64,000 nucleotides of DNA from Octopus vulgaris (taxonomy: Eukaryota), in the NCBI GenBank assembly GCA_951406725.2, contig OX597816.1, positions 109,244,001 through 109,308,000 on the forward strand, in the 5' to 3' direction. The translations under genes and the position numbers were made by a program. Numbering within the stretch: position 1 is the stretch's first letter; the number at the start of each line of letters is the position of its first letter. Shown here one piece after another: positions 40,584-58,095 of the stretch. The notes beneath the pieces were generated by a model that saw only the letters and a program-made list of their open reading frames with translations, was not told the DNA's origin and did not search any database.

Positions 40584-41012
40584 ATGCCCTGATGCAGTAC
40601 CAGGCAGTGGCTCTCATGGCTTCTGATCTTAACTGATTGGAAGTGTTATCATGTACATTGTTTTGCCTTGGTATAAAAGATGGGCTACAGCAAATATTCT
40701 GCTCAATGCCACAGATTTACTTGTCACTTGTTTGACCATAACCAGTTGAGCATGTCCCTTAGCGGCTGACGATATGTGCAACTCTGACCACAAGCAGAAG
40801 TAGTGGGGGAGCATCATAGCCATGTGTCGAGAGGAATTTTTTTGGGTTTGAATAATTGACCTCTGCACACATGGGTGTTTCGTTCAACATCCTTAAACAA
40901 CCCTTATTCAGGGACCTTTTGAGCGGGATGGGTTACTCGACCAGCAGAAAATTCTAACTGGGTCCCACCTGCAAGGTCATGTGCTGTTTATCTTGATATG
41001 AGATCACCATGT
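40584..41012 (+). mobile_element. Repeat family C, 3'-truncated, after (AAC)n(AAT)n
   Basis: Same 5' start as the 14473 copy. Confidence 0.85.
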
Positions 41013-41581
41013 GCGGATTCCCGCAAAGAAAAGCTACACTGATCTCGAAGAAGTTTGATCTGAGAATGTAAAGAACTAGAAGAAATACCGCTAACGATTC
41101 TCCCACTTTGTCGCCTCAAAGCCTTCAAATTTTGGCACAAAGTCAGTAGGTATAAGGGGAGGGGAGGGATTATTCCGCACCATCGACATTAGCACTTGAT
41201 TGGTTCTCTATTTCATCGACCTCCGAAAGAAGAAAGGTAAAGATGAGCTCGGTGGAATTTGAACTCAGAGTGTAAGAAGTCTGTAGAAATACTGCTTGGC
41301 ATTTTGCTCGACGTTCTAACGATTGTGATAATGAGGATGATGATTATGATGATGGTTATATGATACTTACATACATACATGCATACACATATACGCATAT
41401 ATATATATATATATACACTCACTCATACACACACTCACTCTTACACACACGTGCACACAAACACGCATACACACGTATATATACATATGCTTATGTTATT
41501 GTTTAAGACAAGAACTACAAAACTTCATAGCGAACTCAACGTATGTATGTATGTATGTATGTATGTATGTATGTATGTATG

Positions 41582-41614
<33 letters not shown>

Positions 41615-41794
41615 TTGATTGCAGCAGTTGTATTTATGCCCCTCTCCCCTTCAAACATTGTACTTTTGTTTCTCTCTTTACAAGCTCATCATGTTGTTGA
41701 TTTAAATAACAATTGCCCATACAACTTTGTATACTGTTTCGAAAAGTTTTGAACCGAAAATATATTTTATAAGAAGAATACACACACACACGCA

Positions 41795-41876
<82 letters not shown>

Positions 41877-41885
41877 CCTTCTTAA

Positions 41886-43701
41886 ATGTACTCAAGTTAT
41901 GAACAATTCAATCTCACCTTGTGAAAGGTGTTTTGTCGGAGAAATTTAAATGAATTTCCGGAAGACAGGTTATTCTGCACAAGGTCAGTAGTTGGCCCAA
42001 ATTTTCTTGTGTAACAATTATTTCTAAAAGAAATCACTTCACTAACAGAATTTTATGAAAATTGGTCTGTTGATGCGGTACTTGCCTGGGTCATCATAAG
42101 ACACCATATTTGTTTCATGCGTAAAAAGATTGTGAAAACATCGCTCATTGGTTTATCTATTGTCACCGATGCATGGCGATGATGATTGTAAGTTATATCA
42201 ATTAACAGAGTCAATCTCACACATCTATTCCTATCTCTAACGTTATAAATGGTTTTAAATTTCCAGAGGCTCCACTCTCTCTTGTACGACTGACTGATAT
42301 AAAGGTGAGAGAAGTATAAAAATCACATATATGCGTATGTCATTTGGTACAAAAGCATTAGAGTACTCTACGAACTAAGAGATATGAAAAAGTGGCGTAG
42401 AGGTAGGTGGGGTAACTCACATATCTAGAACTAGCTACGATTTCTAACGCTGTTACATAAAAGTAGTACACTCTCTGAACTACATTAACTTTATATATAA
42501 TGAAATATCTCATGTGGGTTTAAGTTCAAACATAATTTCGGTTAAGACCTTAGATGCAATTCTAGAAAGTGGATGGAGAATTGTTTTTAGGTCAATACCA
42601 TGTTGTGATCGTAATGTGAGGAACAGGAACATAACTTTGCACTAGATAACATTGTAATTCAATATCTTAATCAATAAGAATGGTGTGTGACACAATGACA
42701 CACTCACTCATGCACATAATGACTCACTCACTCATACACATAATGGCACACTCACTCATACACACACTCCCTCAGGCATACACTCGCTCTTGCACACACA
42801 CACACACACGTGCACAAACACGCACGCGAATAACAAGAAAAACTACAAATCTTGATAGGGAACTCAACGCCTCGAAGATGGAGTAGTTACTTAACGTAAG
42901 TTTGATTGGAACAGTTGTATTTATGTTTCTCTTTCTTTAAAACTTCTACTCTTATTTCTCCTTTTCCTAGTTCATCATGTTGATTTAGCATTGTATTTCA
43001 ATATTTTAATTCATAAGAATGGTGTATTACAAAATCAGTTAGTGTTTCAGGCCCAATACATTGTGGTGTTTAGCTATATATATATATATATATCATTACA
43101 TTCTGAGTTCCAGTCCTACCTCGGTCAACTACTATTTACCATCCGGTATTATATACCAGTTAAGTACAAGAGTGGATATAATCAACTGTTTCCTTCCTGA
43201 AATGTTGTGGCCTGGTGCTTAAGTAATAGATTAATATTTTATTCATTTCGTATTTCGATTTTGCTCAATAGTATCAATATCAAATTACTGTTAAATAATC
43301 ACTTACACTAATGTAATAGTCTTGCATTTAATATCAACTACAGACGTCATAAACTTTCATTTAATCTCTGATGTCTTTGAACAACAGAATGAAATTGATA
43401 TAACGACACTACATCTATCATCACCGTAGTTCAGTAGCGATGCTTAAGCAATTTTTCTACCTATGAAACCAATAAAAAGTCAAATCGTGTCTTATGACCC
43501 AGACATTACCGCATCAACGAACCAATTTTCATAAAATTCTGTTAGTAAAGTGATTTCTTTTAGAGATAATTTTGATACAAGAAAATTTAGGCCAAATGCT
43601 GACCTCGTGCAGAATGGTCTGTTTTAAGGAAATTCAATTAAGTTTCTCTAACAAACACTTTTCACTAGTTAAGATTGAACTATGGATAAGTCGAGTTCAC
43701 A
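41886..43701. repeat. Diverged ~215-bp inverted repeat pair (41886-42104 / 43487-43701)
   Basis: e.g. AAAAGAAATCACTTCACTAACAGAATTTTATGAAAATTGGT versus ACCAATTTTCATAAAATTCTGTTAGTAAAGTGATTTCTTTT. Confidence 0.8.
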
Positions 43702-44334
43702 TAAACCACATTATAAAAGATAATTAGTTATTGTTTGGTCAGAGTTCAATTAAAATAGACCACCAATTAAAAAAAAACAAACTTTCATATTCATAATTAT
43801 TCATTTAAAGTTAGCTGTTAGAAGAGAGGAAACTTGAAAATATTTTGATGAATTTTATAAGTTTAAAATTATTAAACTGAAAATAGAAGAAATATTAGTT
43901 TTATTAAATTTCGTATGGACAATGATGGCATGAGTTCTACTTTGTACACATGAATTTCGTTGATTTTATGAGTTTTTCTGAATGTAGGTGCGTGCTTTTA
44001 ATAATATCAACATATAAAAATGTGCACAAGTCTCTTTCGTGTGATGAAGTTTCATAATATTCTTTTTACAATAGGCACATGCTCTGGCATTTGCGGATGG
44101 GGTGCTATCAGTTACATCAACCCTAGTGTTCAACTAGTACTTATTTTAGGCGGAATTTGAACTCAGAACGAACGAAATAAGTTTTCATCATCAGCAACAT
44201 ATATCCAAGTAAAATAATGATAATAATAATAATAATCTAGGGAAAGATCTGGAGTTTATTCCTGAAGTTTGATACGTAAAATGCAAAAAGCATAAATTGA
44301 CATAACAATAACGCAATACCATATTGCATTAATA

Positions 44335-44387
<53 letters not shown>

Positions 44388-44390
44388 TAA

Positions 44391-44881
44391 TCAGAGTTAC
44401 GAACATAAACCCGAAGGCATCATCGAAAATGATAATGCAAAGATCCTGTGAATTTTATGATTCAGTGCAACCATGAGATAGAGAATAGGAAGCCAGACAT
44501 AGTGTTCATTGAGAAAGAAAGAGAACGATGCTGGATCATAGATATAGTATGCCCAGCTGACAACAAGGTATGCGATAAGGAAGAAATATAACTCGATAGA
44601 TATGACAGGTTAGCTTGGGAGGATAAGCAGTTGTGGTCGTTGAAAAAGGTGGTAGTAGTACCAATAATTATCGGAGCCCTGGTGACAGTGAGTAAAAATC
44701 TTGAGAAGTACATGGGACAAATAAGGGCTGTAGTAAGGGGTGCACTTGCAGAAAGCAGAACTGCTTGGAACCGCTCGAATATTCCGGATGGTGACCGAAA
44801 AATAAGGGGTGTTACCTTAGTTCATTGGTAGTGAACAGCTGGCACCGTAGTACATCTCCAGCGTTAGAAGCTGTGCAAAAA
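44391..44881 (+). mobile_element. R4/Dong-clade LINE 3' fragment (RLE endonuclease), degenerate
   Basis: YEHKPEGIIENDNAKIL, ENRKPDIV..CWIIDIVCPAD, VVPIIIGALVTV; followed by (AAT)n. Confidence 0.8.
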
Positions 44882-44882
44882 C

Positions 44883-44985
<103 letters not shown>

Positions 44986-44990
44986 TCAAC

Positions 44991-45020
<30 letters not shown>

Positions 45021-45024
<4 letters not shown>

Positions 45025-45481
45025 TTTATAATTATAAGCATAATTATAATTAGGTTTCAGCAAATTGCTTCACCACATACCGAAATTTAGAAACACAGTT
45101 AAGAACTATTCCTCTACCATAAGATATCTCCCAGAGAGCAATACTCCCAATTCACGTAGGCAAAGAGAAAAAAATAACGAATCCACCCGGCTTTGATTAA
45201 ATTTTTAAAATTTTTACTCACTTATTTCCTTGTTCAGTGTAGGAAATAAGTGAGTAAAAATAAAAATTTTACATCTCATTAATCCAGAAACGCGTATGCA
45301 GTGAATCAAAGCCGGGTGGATTCGCTATTTTTTCTCTTTGCCTACGTGAATCGAGATTATTGCTGTCTGGGAGATATGTTATGGTAGAGGAATAGCTTTT
45401 AACTGCTATTTCTAAATTTCGGTATGTGATGAAGCAATTTGCTGAACCCTAATTATAATTATGCTTATAATTATGAAATTT
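45021..45481. repeat. Fold-back element: ~178-bp inverted arms around a central 21-bp hairpin (probable PLE inverted pLTR)
   Basis: Arms 45021-45198 and 45304-45481; perfect stem 45210-45230/45241-45261; half-hammerhead GAAACGCGTA at 45287. Confidence 0.8.
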
Positions 45482-45567
45482 TTGCATAAGGTTACCGATA
45501 AAGGTTATTGCAACATACCGAACTACTTGGTAAAATTATTAATTATCAATTAATTAATTAAATTTAC

Positions 45568-45618
<51 letters not shown>

Positions 45619-46039
45619 CAACTGAATTGCGAATTTATGATGACAATTATTACTCCAAACCGAATTTAAGAAGAGAGACTCTCCAGTACCGAAAGAAAAT
45701 ATATTGTACAGACATATAGCAGAAAGTGTCTTAAACATTAAGAAAGTTATCGCACAGACAGGAGATCAGAATAAAACGTTTGGATATTTTTGAGAAGGAC
45801 TCCAGGAAAAGAAGTATCTCCCCAGGACGTATCCGGTTCAGCGGATGATAATAGCGGTGAAATTACACAAATATACAAATAAGCCGAACAAGAAGAGACA
45901 CGTGGGATAGGGAAACGCTGAAGAGGTCACAGAATGTGTGACAAAAGAGCCTTGACAAAGAAACTAAAATGATAATAAAACTGAAATAAAAACCATATAT
46001 ATCTAAATATAAATATCTGGAAACGTAGGGATTAGAGCC

Positions 46040-46270
46040 GGAAATAACCTGTAAAATAAAGGGTGCCTTGGGGATGCTTAAAAGTGTATAGATAGATATA
46101 TAATCAAAACCACAGGGTTTACATGTATAAACAACAGGCAGAAAAATAGCATTACTAGACACAGTGCAGTTATTGTATAAGATTCCTTCGATACAATACA
46201 AACCAGAAAACCAAAACAAAACAGTTATGTAGCTGAAGCACACCGAACTGTTGAGGGTCGTGTACTGGGA
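46040..46270 (+). mobile_element. Highly degenerate R4/Dong LINE 3' end
   Basis: GALGMLK and QKIALLDTVQLL..IPSIQ remnants, matching the end of the 54167-54436 ORF. Confidence 0.55.
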
Positions 46271-47354
46271 GTATACAATAAAATAAAATGACTTGTGAAA
46301 AAAAAAAGAGGATGACTATGAAGAAACTTACAGAATAATAACATGTACTTTTATAGCATCGAATCAATATTGTAGTCTCAATAGGAAATAATCGAAAATG
46401 AACATAAATGGAAATTTAGACTTTTGGTAAGACAGAACGATATACACAATGATAACCAATATCGACGAAAGCATTTAAAAGCAATCGTTGGAATTTGTAA
46501 CAACAGAAGACCAAGTAGTACTTGTATAGAGATATGCAAAACTATCATTATTGAATTAAAAATATATTGACTGAAAAGAGAAAAATTGACACCTAACAAA
46601 ATAAAAAAAAATATCCTTGCGCAATTAAATAATACCATGTTATGTCTTTGAAAACATGACAAAATATATGACATAATTCTATGTTTAAAAAATCTAAAAC
46701 GATGGTAATGCACCAGAATGCTTCATACTAATAATCTGGTTGTCAATTAAAGTAGCAGTAGTAATACAACGTTTATAGCAAAGATTTCTTAAATATACTT
46801 AGAATTACAAAAATATAATGCCAGCAGAGTAAAAGAATATACTAGAACGATAGCAGAAGAACTAATAGATAGACCAAGTTGTTATCATTGTAGAAAGTAG
46901 CATATATTCTAATAGTGATATGAATAGAATATAGTGACCTACGATATGAATTGACAAAGAAAGATATTAAATGAGAACTATATAAGCGTAAAAAAATTAG
47001 AAGAGCACATAAATTCTCAGATTAAACGAACAATGTTAGACACAAAGAAATGAAGAAGATTAAAATAGAATTCTACGAGCCAATTAGCTTACCATTAGCT
47101 TGATACCAATATCAATATAATTAGTTTAATTCTCTTGAAGTTCCAGTAATTAGTTATAGCTTCTATAAAATAAATTCAAATTAAGTTATCTACAGAGATG
47201 GGTAAACATAGAAAGTTCATTTAGGATTCGGGATTTACCTTAGAAGATATAAGTTTGATACGCTATTGCTCTCAGAGATTTCAAGACTAAAGACATTAAA
47301 AAATAGAAAACTACTATTAAAACTAAATTCTTAAAGAAGGGTGTTTATCAGGTT

Positions 47355-47661
47355 ATTTTTTTCTCGCTCTTTTCAAGCCTAGCCAGGCTCATGGGCCCGG
47401 TTTCTCGATTTCTATGGCGTATGTGTTCCGCCCAGCTGGACTGGACGCCAGTCCATCGCAGCGTTACTCAAGAAACAGGAAGAAAGAGTGAGAGAAAGTT
47501 GGGGCGAAAGAGTACAATAGGAGTCACCCCACCCTGCCGGAGCCTCGTGAAGCTTTAGGTGTTTTCGCTCAATAAACACACACAACGCCCGGTCTGGGAA
47601 TCGAAACCGCGATTCTCCTACCGCGAGTTCGTGGCCCTAACCACTGGGCCATTGTACCTCC
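47355..47661 (-). mobile_element. tRNA-derived SINE, family D
   Basis: Minus-strand head GGAGGTACAATGGCCCAGTGGTTAGG (A box) and GGTTTCGATTCCC (B box). Confidence 0.75.
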
Positions 47662-48691
47662 CTACCAGGTAATACATTTTGCATTTTAGAATAGATGCTT
47701 CAATATCACCTTAACTTTGGATTAACTTCCACCATCTGTAAATAGTTACGATGTTGAGATGTAACTTACTGTTGTAAGTAGCAGAATCTTTGTAGAACTG
47801 ACGATAATTTTGACTTGCTGTACTGCTTTCGAATATTATCCGGAGTGTGTATTGCAGTCATAGTTGTTAATTAAGTATCGTTTATTAATGCACCTATTAA
47901 TGAGTATTTTTGATCGTGGGCCGGGAAAGAAATGACCGATTCTATCGCTTCAAAATAAAATTAAATACTAGTTGCCTTAAATAAAATCTCCATTTTCCTC
48001 AAAAACCGAAACCCAAATCTGGTGTTTTCGGTGAATCAGATCTCAGTTAAGTATGAGTAAAAAGGCCAAATGTAGCGATAATAAATTTATCACTGACAAT
48101 AATGATCTTACATTGTACGACGGCAAGAGAAGGAATCAACGTAGAATCGACTACACCAATCTCAATACTGAGAACCCTCCAGCAGAATTAATTTACATAA
48201 GAGAAATATCATATAGTTTAAAGCACTCTTCGGAATTTATGTAGCCTCAAATACCTCTGAAATAATTTTAGTGCATTGGATAAGCATTTCCCCTCTCAAG
48301 TCGATATTGTAAGACATTCAGTAGACTTACTGTGAAATCTGCGTTTTCAACTACATATAATCTTGCTGATAATACAGCAGGGATTAAGAATTTGAAACTA
48401 AAAACTATTAGAAATAACGAATGTACATTTAAATATTCATGTAGCAAATAGCTCTGCTGTAATTAATACATCTCTGTCCCAGATAAATGATGATAACAAC
48501 TCTGCACTATCTCCTCATAGTAATAACAATAATACTATGAAAATTAATAAGATTTCTTTCTGATAACAAACTTAATAGTGTATCTGTAGGAATGGTGCTA
48601 AATCCCCTTTAAGTAATCAATGTCTCAAAAATAATTTGATACATAAATACTCTGTCAAAACGCCTAATATTGCCCATTATTACGTGAGTGT

Positions 48692-48895
48692 AAGGCGGCG
48701 AGCTACCAAAATCGTTAGAATGCCGAACAAAATGCTTCGCGGCATTTCGTCTGTCTTTACATTCTGAGTTTAAATTGCATTGAGGCTGACTTTGCGTTTC
48801 GTTGTTTTGGAGTCGATAAAATAGGTACCAGTTGAACACTGGGGTTAATGTAATCAACGTACATCACCACTAAATTTGCTGGTTTTGTGCCAAAA
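48692..48895 (+). mobile_element. Degenerate SINE family B variant
   Basis: AAGGCGGCGAGCT..CGTTAG..ATTTCGTCTGTC..CTGAGTTTAAATT. Confidence 0.7.
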
Positions 48896-50218
48896 TGCGA
48901 TAATATTATTACGTAAGTGCAACAACATCAAAATTCTAACTAATATCGCATACCCGTATACTCTCTTTAAGAGTGTCTCAGATGATTTTAGTCGGTGATG
49001 TATACAGTGCCTCATTGCTTAAATTCATTTGAGACCGCAAGTAGAAAAGTATCGATTACTCAATTTCGAGCTCGATTATAAATAGTGTACTTCTATACAA
49101 AGAGGGTATAACTGTAATTTGTGCTCAGTAGAAGCGTTAGAAATTCTCAAATGTAGATCTAATTTAATTAATCAGTATAATGATTATTGATTCGTTGCTC
49201 CCACTTATTCTATTTTTACTTAAACTAACCTAGCTAACTTAGCAAACTTATATAATTGAAATAATATTAACAGTTGTGTTTAATTTTACCTTTTAGTACC
49301 CTTTTAATTCTCTCAATTGCCACTCGAATGATTTCTTATATCATCAACAAATCATTAATTTTCTAACTACTTTAACTTTAATGTATTATCACTTGAAATT
49401 CAATTAAAGATGACCCAATATTCTAAACTCGAGTACCAAGATGGTGCATGATATTTTCTGTGACTCTTTATCAATAGTCACATTTTTATTTGCTTTCTTT
49501 ATTTTTGTTCCTTTCAAGTCTCATTTCTTTTTCTTTCTTGTTTTCTTTTTTATACACCTATTCCTCCATTTATTGGCACCGCTGCGACTGTAGTAGTAAA
49601 CTGCTTCCTCATTGAACTGTCTAGTATTATCTCTTAAATTCCTTTCTCACCATCAATAAACATGCTAACAATGAAATTGACAACCTCTGGAGCTGTCAAA
49701 TCCCGTCTTTTGCTGAATTTTAGTTGATCAAATGAAAGAAACTGGTATGTCCCTTATCTTCATTATCAATCTGGGGTGCGCGGCCCTTGGCGAAATATCT
49801 CCATGATGGTGAGTAAACATACTATTTAATTTATTGCTCTTATATTCTGCATGCTACCACCTCCCGTTATATTGGAAATAGCTGAAAATATACTGCAGAA
49901 TGACTGCTCTTATTTGACCTAGAAAGATAGTATTACCTTAATTGATTATTCTATGAATATACATGATTTTTAATATGTATAAAGCAATGTGTAAATTGAT
50001 GAAATGGTTTCACTAACTATTGAAACGATCGTAACCGCTTAATAAAAGCATGTAATACCATCGTCTACATTCCTTCGTTTGTTTACTATTACCCTCTGCA
50101 ATGTATGCACCAACCGCTTAATTGGTAAATTTCTCAGATTTACAGTTTGTATAGATTACAGTTTGTATAGATTTACAGTTTGTATAGAAAGCCTGCAGAT
50201 TAAATGAATACAATTGTA

Positions 50219-50342
<124 letters not shown>

Positions 50343-51689
50343 AGTCTGTCTGTATGTGTGTGTGTGTATGTGTGTGCGCGTGCGTGCGTACACAAAGTCA
50401 AGGATCTACTAGAAATAGAAGCTGAACCTCACTCAAATTATACATTACAATTTTAGAAGTGAAGAACACATTGAATAATGAAGTCTCTATTTATGAATAA
50501 ATGACGAAATAGCCGTGACTAGAATGTATTTAATGAAAAGCAAGCCCTCTGATAGCAAACCTGTCGTTAAACAACAAAAAGAACCCCATATAGTCGCAGC
50601 GTATATATAGATGTGTATTAGTATATCATGACTCTTTCAGTACGAGCCTAAGTTAGTGATTTGTGGATAGCCTGAAGTATATGAAATAAGTTTCCATTGG
50701 AACGAGAAAGGAAGGAATTATCCATGATAAGACATAGTTTGGCGTTATTGTAATTCAAGTGTGAATGTAATATTTTTTATGACAAATCTAGAGAAAACTC
50801 ATTGGAATATTACCAAGCAAAATGCTTATATTTACTTTCCGCAGCTCGTATTAGGAAGTTGTCAGGAAATATGCAAAATCGTCAGTAATAGCTTCTTGCT
50901 TTGAGCTAAATTTTATTTGAATTTATTAGAAATTGTTTGCTGAAAGGTATATGGGAGTGGACGAATGAATAGCGTGTCTCAGTTCCTTTTCCTGCTTTTC
51001 TCTCTCTCAACTATCTTTCTGTGTTTTTTGTTTTCATTTTACTCTTGTCCTCTCTTCGTCCTCTCTTTATGGTTTGCGTAAATGCGTAAATCGGATATAT
51101 TAATTTTTGAAGAATAAAATATTTGCAATTTCCTGTACTTGAGACACTAAATAATGACCGTATCTCGTAAATGAGTGTCATTAAACGTTAGGAGCTGTGT
51201 GTGTGTGTGTGTGAGAGAGAGAGAGTGTGTGTTCATTTGTATGTGTATGTATATATTATTATTGATATTATTTTTATTATTAATAAAAACATAGAACCAT
51301 GTGAAATTCAGCAACCCAATTCTTTTATGGCCGGAACATTAAATTTATTTCGTCATTTCTCAAGCTGGTAATGTTAACATGATGGGTTAACAAGTCCGTA
51401 TGAGATCAGTGAGGTTTAAATGAGAACAGATGGTTTGAAAAAGAGAGAGTGATCATGGCGAGATAATTTAATGAACAGCAAATAGAACCAGGCTCGTACA
51501 AGGGGTGATGATTTCGTAAACAAACACAGGAAGTACAAAGGAAAAAGAAACAGTGGGAAGGTTATTGGAATGAAAGAAATTGAGATATTTGAAAAAGTGA
51601 GATGGGTTATCAGTGTTATATAAATATATCTTCTTTGGTCTTCAGCTCATCACCATTAAGGATGTTACATCTATGACGGTTGCTTCGTA

Positions 51690-51922
51690 AAGGTGGCGAG
51701 CTGGCAGAAACGTTACACGCCGGGCGAAATGCGTAGCGGTATTTCGTCTTCCGTTACGTTCTGAGTTCAAATTCCACCGAGGTCGACTATGCCTTTCATC
51801 CTTTCGGGGTCAATAAATTAAGTACCAGTTACGCACTAGGGTCGATAAAATCGACTTAATACCTATGTCTGTCCTTGTTTGTCTCCTCTGTGTTTAGCCC
51901 CTTGTGGGTAGTAAAGAAATAG
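51690..51922 (+). mobile_element. SINE family B, full length
   Basis: Colinear with 3519-3751; flanking repeat GGTTGCTTC. Confidence 0.85.
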
Positions 51923-53828
51923 GTTGCTTCATATAAGCCTAGTTATTGTTGCTGTTATTGTTGTGGTAGATGGCTCTTCTTGTCTTCGCCAATTATAGCT
52001 GGGAGAGTGGATTCTTGGGTCTCATTTTTTGCTTCAGACAATGAGGGTTGCGAAATTCTATTATCTGACTCATGAGTAGTGCCTGGTATTGTCTTAGAGC
52101 TAGAAACAGCCATGATGTGTTCTGTTTTTGTTCTTTTGACCTATCTGTGCAGAACGCTCTTAAGTGACGTTTACTCCTATATATGTAATAGCTGGTGCGT
52201 GTACTTTGGATGCTGAGTTTTAAGATTTTCCTTTCAGAACCCACTGTAAGACAAAGTTTTGGTACTGTCTTGGAGTCTTGTGGAGTTATGTCTTTAGAAA
52301 TCTTACCCTATTACATACCGCCAAATGTGATATCGGCACTGAACATCTGCTTATATCGCGCAATGAAGGTGACTCATGTTAAGGGCTCGATATCATCACC
52401 GGTCTCCCTGATGTTGAAAATTGCATCGCTTCTTCTCAAATACTGCAAAGGAGTTTGTGTGCAGGCGTCATATACAATTAAGCATGTACTGTAGTCCCAT
52501 TCCCTGTTTAAAAAAATGACACAAATAGTACGACTTTCCATCTGTCTCCCAGTGTGTTCTATATCGGGGGTTTTGTTCAAAAGAAAGTTTTCGAAGTATA
52601 GCATTTCGTTATTCATTATACATTCAGCTCACTTTGTGCATGTACATTGCTGTTGCTATTTTTAAACGTGTTATTTACTACCCTTTGTTTTTCATTGTTT
52701 TTATTTAAAAAAAAAATCTGTCGTTTGTTCATTAATACAATTTTAGATATATTTTTTCTTTCGCTTAGTAGTGATTTTAATTTGTTTACTGTTATTTCTC
52801 TGAGAAGCGGAACCGAAGAAAGAAGTCATATTTGACTTAGCATTAGACATTAAAATAAAATGGCAGTACTAAAAAAAAAACAACATTATTGTTTTTCCCC
52901 AGTTAGGGGTAGACCTTCAAACATGCTCTTCAAACGTCTCTGTGAAATATCATCCAAAAATGAAAATGATTTCCTTCAGTTACACTTGTAACACATTGAG
53001 ATTTATTGCTGCAGAAATGTTAACGCGTCTGACGAGATGTCAGCAACAAATCATCAAGATAATAGTTTCTAATTTACGCTCAAGACCGGAAATTTGGAGG
53101 AAGTGATTAGTCGATTACATCAAACCTCACCACTTGACTGATACATTATTTTATCAACCCTTAACGGATGAAAGGAAAAGTTGACCTTGGTGGGATTTAA
53201 ACGCAGAACGTAATGTGTCTGAAAAAAATACCGCCAGGCAGTTTGTCCAACGCCTTAACGATTTGTTGCAGAAACATGTTCGATCTTTATCCTTAGCTAT
53301 CCACATTGTGCCTTTTTGGATAGCAGTTTTAGCCCATCACGTGATGGTCAAGTCCATTTAGCTTTACGTGGACTGTCAACCTTTTAACGTGATAGTCTAG
53401 CCAAGTGTCTCAACCCTTATTTCCAGCTAATTCCTTCTATTTCCTTAAGGAGATGCGTTTGTTACGAACGAGTTTTGATCTTCGATATGAAAACAGTCTA
53501 TACCACTTTGCCTTTTCAGCGAGGAGAGATTTGTAACTAGAATCTTTGATGCCATGCATTGTATTTTATCCAACATTTATTTTCAACTTCAAGAAACATT
53601 TTGAAGGCATGTAACGTTTCTAACAGAGTTCTAATTGTTATGCCAGTTGATGTATTTCACGTTAGCGTTGGAAATAAATGTTGCAGTTCGGTCAACACTA
53701 ACTTGCCTTTGTATTTTTTTAATGATATACCGCCTGATTAATTTTAATCAAAAGATATTATATTATCAGGGTTGCAGCCACATTGCAGTCATTTAACCAC
53801 ATCGCTAAAGATTCAACCGGCTCGTTGC

Positions 53829-53862
<34 letters not shown>

Positions 53863-53884
53863 TAATAATAATGATAATAATAAT

Positions 53885-54096
53885 CCTTTCTACAATAGGC
53901 TCAAGACCTGAAATTTTTTTTGGGGGGACAAGTTGATTACATCGACCTCAGTGTTTCACTGGTACTTAATTTATCGACCCCGAAAGGAAGAAAGGCAAAG
54001 TCAACCTCGGCGGAATTTGAACTCAGAACGTGCAGACGGACGATATACAGCTAAGAATTTCGCCCGGACAGCTAACGGTTCTGCCAGCTCACCGCC

Positions 54097-54098
<2 letters not shown>
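53885..54098 (-). mobile_element. SINE family B variant between (AAT)n runs
   Basis: Family motifs ending GCCAGCTCACCGCCTT. Confidence 0.8.
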
Positions 54099-54163
<65 letters not shown>

Positions 54164-54166
54164 TAA

Positions 54167-54540
54167 ATTGATGTATCAATACCGGCAGATGACAACGTGT
54201 CTCTAAAAGAAATGGAGAAACTCTCAAAATACAAAGACCTGGAAATAGAGGTAACTAGAATGTGGAATCTGAAAACAGAAACAATTCCTATCATAGTAGG
54301 TGCATTAGGCATGATAAAAAAATATTCAGACAAATACATAACAAAAACACCAGGACTTACAAACACATATAACATACAGAAAATTGCACTACTAGGCACT
54401 GCCCACATCCTACGCAGAACACTTTCCATACAATAACCATCAGAGCATCACAACAAATCACAGCACATACCCAAGGCACACAGAGCTGCGCTCGGTAGTG
54501 AAGTGAAAGCACGCTATAAAAAATAAAAATAAAACTACTG
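54167..54540 (+). mobile_element. R4/Dong-clade LINE 3' fragment
   Basis: In-frame IDVSIPADDNVSLKEMEKLSKYKDLEIEVTRMW..IPIIVGALG..QKIALLGTAHILRRTL* (RLE tail), short 3' UTR, (TAA)n on both sides. Confidence 0.85.
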
Positions 54541-54719
54541 AATAATAATAATAATAGTATTGTCACAAACGAAGCAAAAAATAACAAAACACAAACGATT
54601 TTTTTTTCGAACTATCGCAGAGTGAACAATCCATAAGTTTAAAAATACCACAAAAAACTATGCCTGGAGATAAATCTATCAAAAAAAAAAAAACAGACGA
54701 ATACAGATCTGGGAAACTA

Positions 54720-58034
<3,315 letters not shown>

Positions 58035-58095
58035 TAATAATAATAATAATAATAATATCTATATATAATAAATAAATATAATAAATATAATAAAC

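Noticed and set aside
47585-47661. tRNA-like sequence with A and B boxes (similar heads at 5540, 6400, 20080, 27110)
   Set aside because: These are SINE heads continuing into repeat bodies; no proper cloverleaf or terminator
50136-50188. Three copies of a 16-17-bp unit AGATTTACAGTTTGTAT
   Set aside because: Ordinary slippage minisatellite
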